A DNA stretch of 12,164 nucleotides from Opitutales bacterium (lineage in GTDB: Bacteria; Verrucomicrobiota; Verrucomicrobiia; Opitutales; UBA9783): the NCBI GenBank assembly GCA_024407725.1, contig JAKSVZ010000019.1, forward strand, positions 1 to 12,164, read 5' to 3'. The stretch's first letter is position 1; every line of letters begins with the position of its first letter. The translations under genes and the position numbers were made by a program. Under the pieces are notes generated by a model. It worked only from the letters and a program-made list of their open reading frames with translations, was not told the origin of the DNA and searched no databases. Below are positions 7,591 to 12,164 of this stretch, piece by piece.

Positions 7591-8919
7591 TTACGCAGCT
7601 TTTTGCTCTTTCGAAAGCTTATTAAACAACCAATTGATCAATTTCGCCTGAAACGCTTTTCCTTGGATATCCACGCGCAAACGATTATCCTTGTTCGCTT
7701 GCTGAACCAATTTTTGCGGAGAAATATGCAAGCGCCGCGCTTCCTGCATAACAATAGGCGTTAAATCTTGCTCTTCTAACACCAAATGTTCATCGCGCGA
7801 TAGCTTTTCGAAGCACAAATCTAGCTTAATGCGGCTAACGGCTCCTTCCTTGGCTTTCTCGTACAACAGGGCCTTTTGTTCTTCCATCTCCTGCTCTTTA
7901 ACGCCGTGCGATGCAAAAACATCTACCATTTCCTGCAAAATCTTATCGGTCTGGCTCTTAACCCAAGAATGAGGCAAATCACACTGAATCGATTGAACTA
8001 AATATTCTGCAATGCGTTGCTTTTGATGAACCGCATACTCAGACTCTTTTCGCTGTTTTATGGTTTGTTCAGCCGCTGATTTTAATGCATCCAGATCCTT
8101 AACCTTAATCTTGTCAAAGAACTTTGCATCCATCTCCGGCAAGGCTACCTCGCGCACTTCTTCAATCGTTACGTGATAGACCCCTTCCTTCTTTTGCAAC
8201 TCAGCCAGTTCAAAATCTTTAGGGAAAGTTACCGAAATACTCTTTTTCTCCCCTACTTTCATACCCATAATCCCATTGGCAATTTCAGGAATTTCATACG
8301 CTTCTACCACCCCCGCTTCTTGCCAAGTGCTCTTTTGTCTGGACCAAACAGATGATACATCGCCGAAGTCCCCTACCGGTTTTTCACCAACAAAGCCTTC
8401 ATACGACAGCTTTACGTAATCGTTCTTTTGAATCGCACGATCAACGGTATTGTAGGTAGCGTATTGCTTACGTAAACGCGTTATAAACTCAGTTATTTCT
8501 GCCTCTTTAACGGCAACATCCGCTTTTTCTAATTGAAAATTTTTGAAATCGGGCAAACTAACTTCTGGCTTTAGCTCCACCGTAATGTGTACGGTGCGCT
8601 TGATGGATAAATCGGAATAATCGATATCGCTAATAGCGGCAATCGACAACTTCTCCTTTTGGACAGCATAATCTAACGCTTGCTTAACCAACTGCTCCTT
8701 TAATTCTGACTCCATGGCTTGCCCATAACGTTGCTTTAAAAGCTCTGTAGGAACTTTTCCTTTACGGAAACCGGGCAAAACTGCCTTTGATTGCGCTGCT
8801 TTCAACACCATTGCTTCTGCATTCTGGTAAGCGGATGCTTCAAACACAGCGGTAACTTTTTTAGAAACCGAATCAACTGTTTCTACTTGAATCGCTATTG
8901 AATTGTTTTCGGTACTCAT
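7591..8919 (-). CDS. tig: Trigger factor (ribosome-associated chaperone / PPIase)
   Basis: Ribosome-binding signature GFRKGKVP in the N-terminal domain, a central FKBP-like region (YVKLSYEGFVGEKP...), and a C-terminal helical arm domain. Length is 442 aa. It lies immediately upstream of clpP-clpX, the classical tig-clpP-clpX order. Confidence 0.95.
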   Translation of the reverse strand: MSTENNSIAIQVETVDSVSKKVTAVFEASAYQNAEAMVLKAAQSKAVLPGFRKGKVPTELLKQRYGQAMESELKEQLVKQALDYAVQKEKLSIAAISDIDYSDLSIKRTVHITVELKPEVSLPDFKNFQLEKADVAVKEAEITEFITRLRKQYATYNTVDRAIQKNDYVKLSYEGFVGEKPVGDFGDVSSVWSRQKSTWQEAGVVEAYEIPEIANGIMGMKVGEKKSISVTFPKDFELAELQKKEGVYHVTIEEVREVALPEMDAKFFDKIKVKDLDALKSAAEQTIKQRKESEYAVHQKQRIAEYLVQSIQCDLPHSWVKSQTDKILQEMVDVFASHGVKEQEMEEQKALLYEKAKEGAVSRIKLDLCFEKLSRDEHLVLEEQDLTPIVMQEARRLHISPQKLVQQANKDNRLRVDIQGKAFQAKLINWLFNKLSKEQKAA

Positions 8920-9368
8920 TTTTCTTTACTAGAAACCTTGCTAGATCCGCTGGATTTTCCCTTAACGGAAAAGCCACCCGGACCGATAAATAAAAATACA
9001 CTGCTAATCATCAGCAATAAAACCGCAGGGGAATACGGCTGAACGAATACGCTCCATGATAGATGCTCGCGCGTTGCGCTATAGCTCAAAATAGCCAAAA
9101 CCAACAGGGCGAAACGAAAATAAAACCCTAACAGAATAAAAATGCCCGTCCAAATAAGCGTAAACGCTACTATAATTCCCCAAAACGTGGGAGAAAACGG
9201 AAGATTAAACGCTATAGCTGGCTGCCCTAGTTGTTTTAGCAACGACGTACTGCGGAAGCTTTGCACCCCATAGGTGAACAAAAAACCGCTAAAAAATATA
9301 CGGAACAATAAAAGACCTAGGTTTGATTTCTCAAACCATCGACCCAATTTTTCTGCCAACGCGAGCAT
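8916..9368 (-). CDS. DoxX-family small integral membrane protein
   Basis: Four predicted TM helices with a DoxX-like pattern: LLLFRIFFSGFLFTYGVQSF, IFILLGFYFRFALLVLAILSYSA, and a terminal LLLMISSVFLFIGPGGFSV (the GPG-x-SxD/K-like end of DoxX). Ser/Lys-rich tail. Its TGA (8918..8916) overlaps the tig ATG (8919..8917) as ATGA. Confidence 0.65.
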   Translation of the reverse strand: MLALAEKLGRWFEKSNLGLLLFRIFFSGFLFTYGVQSFRSTSLLKQLGQPAIAFNLPFSPTFWGIIVAFTLIWTGIFILLGFYFRFALLVLAILSYSATREHLSWSVFVQPYSPAVLLLMISSVFLFIGPGGFSVKGKSSGSSKVSSKEK

Positions 9369-9394
9369 AGTACTAACGCCGATTGGGTATTACC

Positions 9395-9682
9395 CTACTT
9401 ATCGTCGTTTTTGTGCTCTTTTTTAGACTTTTTATCTGCTTTTTCAGCTGCGTCTTCTTTGTCCTTAGGCTGATTGCTTTTTACTTTTTTGTAATAAAAT
9501 TCTTTATGTTGTGCATCCCAACGAATAATGTAAGCCTTAGCGTCAGAATCGTTAACCACTGCAACCGTCTTTAAACCGGTCTCTGGGTCATCAATCCCAT
9601 CGGTAATCACGAAGCCTCCGAAGCATGCACTCGAGGCCATCATAGCAGTCAAACTTGCGAACAAAAAACGTTTCCCTTTCAT
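9395..9682 (-). CDS. Orphan small secreted (possibly lipo-) protein with a Lys/Asp/Glu-rich C-terminal tail
   Basis: Start moved to ATG 9682 (M19 of the track ORF). From there the protein begins MKGKRFLFASLTAMMASSAC-FGG, a canonical n-h-c signal peptide with Cys at +20 (weak lipobox SSAC). AAAGGT lies 5 nt upstream. The mature part is a short beta-rich segment (FVITDGIDDPETGLKTVAVVNDSDAKAYIIRWD) followed by a low-complexity tail KKVKSNQPKDKEDAAEKADKKSKKEHKNDDK. I recognise no family. Confidence 0.55.
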   Translation of the reverse strand: MKGKRFLFASLTAMMASSACFGGFVITDGIDDPETGLKTVAVVNDSDAKAYIIRWDAQHKEFYYKKVKSNQPKDKEDAAEKADKKSKKEHKNDDK

Positions 9683-9700
9683 AGTATACCTTTGGTACCC

Positions 9701-9729
9701 ATAACATCGTTGTATGCCTGAGGTGTCAA
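9701..9729 (-). promoter_or_regulatory. Candidate sigma70-type promoter for the small secreted protein gene (and possibly the downstream doxX-tig-clpPX)
   Basis: Minus strand reads TTGACA (9729..9724), a 17-nt spacer, then TGTTAT (9706..9701), all in the 74-bp gap between the sctR stop and ATG 9682. The -35 is perfect and the -10 matches 4/6. The implied leader is very short (~12 nt). Sequence-only prediction. Confidence 0.3.
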
Positions 9730-9756
9730 GATACATTTAAAAGGGTGCTAGAGTAT

Positions 9757-10542
9757 CTATCGATACGTTAACGCAAGGGCTTCGATGAGCTTATCCCAAC
9801 CGTTTACCAAAACAAACAGCATCAATTTGAACGGGAGCGAAATGGTCATAGGGGATACCATCATCATACCCATTGCCAATAAGATATTGGACACGATCAA
9901 ATCGATAACAATAAAGGGGAGGTAGATAATAAACCCAATTTCAAATGCTGAAGTAAGTTCAGACAAAACGAATGCAGGGACACAAATCAACAAATCGCTT
10001 TCCCGAATATTTTTCACGTAAGCCTGCGGCCATAAACGTTTCGCAATACGGATGAAAAACGTGCGGTATTTTTCAGGTGTATGCTTATGAAGGAAATGAA
10101 CAATGGGCTGCTTGGCATAACCAGCAATCGCGATTAATTCCTCGGCATGGCTAACGGTCTGACCGGCTTGAGTCGAGGTAAGAATGCTGCTCAACCAACG
10201 TACATCATTCTGACCGGCTGCCTTCAACGGCTCCATATGCGTTGGTAATCGAAAATGGTCTGGATTTTCTTTCAGGGATTGCAAGGTCGAATAAGACTCG
10301 CTGATTCTCCTTGTACTATCCTGCAAGGTTGGAGCCATAATATACAAAGTTAATACAACCGCCAATCCATTAATCACCATGTTAGGCGGAACCTGTTGCA
10401 ACCCCATGGCTTGGCGCAACAAATTCATAACGATTACCAATTTGATGAACGAAGTCATCATCATGATTGCAAATGGCAACAGAGCCAATGCAAGCATGCA
10501 TATAATCAGGGTAATCGGGTCGTAGAATGGCGTAGTAGACAT
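9757..10542 (-). CDS. sctR: Type III secretion export-gate protein SctR (YscR/SpaP/HrcR family; FliP homologue)
   Basis: Strong identity to the injectisome SctR core: TSFIKLVIVMNLLRQAMGLQQVPPNMVINGLAVVLTLYIMAP and LSELTSAFEIGFIIYLPFIVIDLIVSNILLAMGMMMVSPMTISLPFKLMLFVLVNGW. No cleavable signal peptide or FliO context, so injectisome-type rather than flagellar. At 261 aa it is about 40 aa longer than typical members, owing to a longer loop between TM2 and TM3. Confidence 0.93.
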   Translation of the reverse strand: MSTTPFYDPITLIICMLALALLPFAIMMMTSFIKLVIVMNLLRQAMGLQQVPPNMVINGLAVVLTLYIMAPTLQDSTRRISESYSTLQSLKENPDHFRLPTHMEPLKAAGQNDVRWLSSILTSTQAGQTVSHAEELIAIAGYAKQPIVHFLHKHTPEKYRTFFIRIAKRLWPQAYVKNIRESDLLICVPAFVLSELTSAFEIGFIIYLPFIVIDLIVSNILLAMGMMMVSPMTISLPFKLMLFVLVNGWDKLIEALALTYR

Positions 10543-10545
10543 GGC

Positions 10546-10890
10546 TTATTTCGTATGTAAGTGAGTCATGCGAACGCCCAATTTATCATTAACTTGCACC
10601 CATTCGCCTTGTCCAATGCATTGACCATTCGCCAAAACGGATACCGATGCATCTACTTTTTTATCCAACTCGAAGGTATAGCCTTCGTGCAACTGCTGAA
10701 GTTGGTCAAAGGTCAACTGTTTCTGTCCAACATCAAACGAAATGGTGACGGGCAATTGCTCCACAGGAAATGCACTGGCATCCGATAATTGCTCATCCGA
10801 TATCGGCTCAGCATTGGTTGTCTCATCCGAAGTATCCGCCTCATCTTCGGAAATAATACCTACTGGCAAATCATTGTTGTTTTCTTCCAT
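10546..10890 (-). CDS. Candidate internally initiated SctQ-C product (M231-K344, 114 aa)
   Basis: In-frame ATG at 10890..10888, preceded by AAGGGG (10902..10897) with a 6-nt spacer. It sits just before the acidic linker and the C-terminal SpoA domain. Proposed by analogy to YscQ-C/SpaO-C/Spa33-C, with no experimental support here. Confidence 0.35.
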   Translation of the reverse strand: MEENNNDLPVGIISEDEADTSDETTNAEPISDEQLSDASAFPVEQLPVTISFDVGQKQLTFDQLQQLHEGYTFELDKKVDASVSVLANGQCIGQGEWVQVNDKLGVRMTHLHTK

Positions 10891-11580
10891 AAATAACCCC
10901 TTGATGCAAAATGTTGTTTCTTTCAGCTCTCCCCAAAAGAGGATTTTCTGCCAATAAAATTTAATAACCGCTGGCGATGTTTGGGATAAAATCACATCTC
11001 CGACCCGCAAGGATCGTAATTCCTCCCAAGATAACCGCGCTTGGCCATTAATTTGACGAAAAGGGAACTTTAGCTGCCGAAATTTCAATTCAGACGGTTT
11101 GGTTTTGGCAGCAATCGCACTCATCAATTGGCAACTTGCAGCATCTTGGCCATTGATTCCCAACTGATAAATAGGCTTACCTGCATTATTCAAATTGAAA
11201 CAAATTGCGTTGATAGGAGCAGCGGTATAACGAACCTCTTGCGGCGCTAAACGTTCTTCAAACTGTAAGAAAATCTCGCCCAGTTCTTCCTGCATGGCTT
11301 TCAACAGCAAGTCATAAATCTCGCTCCCATAGGCTTTTGGATCCACACCCTTTAAATTAGGGTCTAAACACGTACAAAGCCCATTAAGACTACCCAATAG
11401 ACAAACCACTTTATCCTGCCAGCCATACTGAAAGGCAATGTATTCCTTCCAAGTCCGCTGATCCTTCAATTGCAAGGTATGTTCCTGCTCCCTAAGCTGA
11501 AAGGGCAATTCCCCGCACCAAGCCCGCGTCAAATCCCCATAAGCTTGCGATAAGGTAACAGCTGGCTTTAATCCACTCAT
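10546..11580 (-). CDS. sctQ: Type III secretion cytoplasmic sorting-platform (C-ring) protein SctQ (YscQ/SpaO family)
   Basis: C-terminal SpoA/FliN domain LPVTISFDVGQKQLTFDQLQQLHEGYTFELDKKVDASVSVLANGQCIGQGEWVQVNDKLGVRMT. An upstream SpoA1-like segment ARLSWEELRSLRVGDVIL. Positioned between sctP and sctR. Its ATG overlaps the sctP TGA as ATGA (11580..11577). Confidence 0.85.
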   Translation of the reverse strand: MSGLKPAVTLSQAYGDLTRAWCGELPFQLREQEHTLQLKDQRTWKEYIAFQYGWQDKVVCLLGSLNGLCTCLDPNLKGVDPKAYGSEIYDLLLKAMQEELGEIFLQFEERLAPQEVRYTAAPINAICFNLNNAGKPIYQLGINGQDAASCQLMSAIAAKTKPSELKFRQLKFPFRQINGQARLSWEELRSLRVGDVILSQTSPAVIKFYWQKILFWGELKETTFCIKGLFMEENNNDLPVGIISEDEADTSDETTNAEPISDEQLSDASAFPVEQLPVTISFDVGQKQLTFDQLQQLHEGYTFELDKKVDASVSVLANGQCIGQGEWVQVNDKLGVRMTHLHTK

Positions 11581-12164
11581 TTATCGTCATCTTGAGAATC
11601 GTAAGCAAAATACCCACGGGAACGGCTATCCTTGGACATAGAACCTTCCGACAAACGCCCATCGGACACTTGAACCGATACATGTTCGTACTTATAGGGT
11701 TTCAATTCAGTCTGTAAATACCCCTGCAAATGGATCTGATGTTCCATCAAAAAGTTCAAACTGCTCTGGGCTTGCGAAGTAAATTGAATATGCAACGAAC
11801 TTCCGTTTTTTGAAAACAGTACGTTGGTATCCGCCAAAAGATTGTTGGATAATGTCAATGTAACAGTTCGATTTTGCTCCAACGAGCTTGAAGATACCAA
11901 AACGCGGCTAATTATCTGCTCTTTAATGTAGTGCATTACTTCATAGACATGCGTTTCGATCGGCTGAGATGCGGTAACTTCGTTTGTTCGTACCAGTGTA
12001 GCATTCAGGTCATGCACCGGCGTAACCGCTTCTGGCATCACCACAGACGTATGCGTCTGATTTGCCTTTAAAGAACGAGGACGCTTGTCCTCTACTGGAT
12101 GACGATGCTCTTCTTTGGATACGGGTACTTCTTTGGATACGGGTACTTCTTTGGATACGGGTAC
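11577..12164 (-). CDS. sctP: Type III secretion needle-length ruler / substrate-specificity switch protein SctP (YscP/FliK-like), 5'-truncated by the window edge
   Basis: The frame is open from the window edge: reading from 12164 gives VPVSKE VPVSKE VPVSKE EHRHPVEDKRPRSLKANQTHTSVVMPEAV..., so the track's Met at 12044 is probably internal. The C-terminal region NRTVTLTLSNNLLADTNVLFSKNGSSLHIQFTSQAQSSLNFLMEHQIHLQGYLQ fits the T3S4/FliK-C pattern (alternating beta strands, then a helix). Position immediately upstream of sctQ matches the ysc order. Sequence conservation in this family is low, so the call rests largely on context. Confidence 0.65.
   Translation of the reverse strand, partial: VPVSKEVPVSKEVPVSKEEHRHPVEDKRPRSLKANQTHTSVVMPEAVTPVHDLNATLVRTNEVTASQPIETHVYEVMHYIKEQIISRVLVSSSSLEQNRTVTLTLSNNLLADTNVLFSKNGSSLHIQFTSQAQSSLNFLMEHQIHLQGYLQTELKPYKYEHVSVQVSDGRLSEGSMSKDSRSRGYFAYDSQDDDK
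12111..12164. repeat. Perfect 18-bp tandem repeat (TTCTTTGGATACGGGTAC x3) inside sctP, truncated by the window edge
   Basis: Identical units at 12111-12128, 12129-12146 and 12147-12164. On the coding (minus) strand each unit is GTACCCGTATCCAAAGAA = VPVSKE. Confidence 0.97.

Noticed and set aside
9385-9395. Short dyad GGGTA-T-TACCC between the small ORF and doxX
   Set aside because: The arms are 5 bp with a 1-nt spacer, so it cannot form a hairpin and is expected by chance. It also overlaps the small ORF's stop codon.
9683-9736. Longer 113-aa version of the small ORF starting at ATG 9736 (MYLDTSGIQRCYGYQRYT...)
   Set aside because: It would put 18 polar residues in front of an otherwise canonical signal peptide. 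The extension would also overlap the TTGACA-17-TGTTAT promoter-like element. ATG 9682 has an AAAGGT SD at proper spacing.
9395-9756. Possible hidden or degraded sctS downstream of sctR
   Set aside because: No frame on the minus strand encodes a hydrophobic two-TM protein of about 85-90 aa. The hydrophobic plus-strand ORF at 9383..9574 is the antisense shadow of the Lys-rich (AAA/AAG) tail, read as TTT/CTT codons.

Overview
Densely coding bacterial chromosomal window, mid-40s %GC by eye, with almost no intergenic space. Plus strand: rarA (AAA+ recombination factor), then a class-I (no HTH) birA-like biotin ligase that overlaps the rarA end. Minus strand, convergent on birA: an asnB-like glutamine amidotransferase broken by one in-frame TAG and a SAM-dependent methyltransferase. 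Next on the minus strand comes a proteostasis block, doxX-family membrane protein > tig > clpP > clpX > rsmE, whose doxX/tig, clpP/clpX and clpX/rsmE junctions overlap stop and start codons. Upstream of that block lie an orphan small secreted Lys-rich protein and the distal part of a non-flagellar type III secretion block, sctP (5'-partial), sctQ and sctR. The T3SS block stops abruptly after sctR, with no sctS/T/U. Both window edges fall inside perfect tandem repeats. The left edge is a 15-bp unit carrying the palindrome CTTATAAG. The right edge is an 18-bp unit encoding VPVSKE hexapeptides inside the sctP ruler gene. ClpP/ClpX/Tig and the long-loop SctR resemble Chlamydiae/PVC-type host-associated bacteria from memory only; this is not verified. 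I cannot defend a complete new system from this sequence. The leads most worth following are the atypically split T3SS fragment with its repeat-bearing ruler and adjacent orphan secreted protein, the palindromic repeat array, the freshly inactivated asnB-like gene, and a BirA with a degenerate biotin-binding loop.
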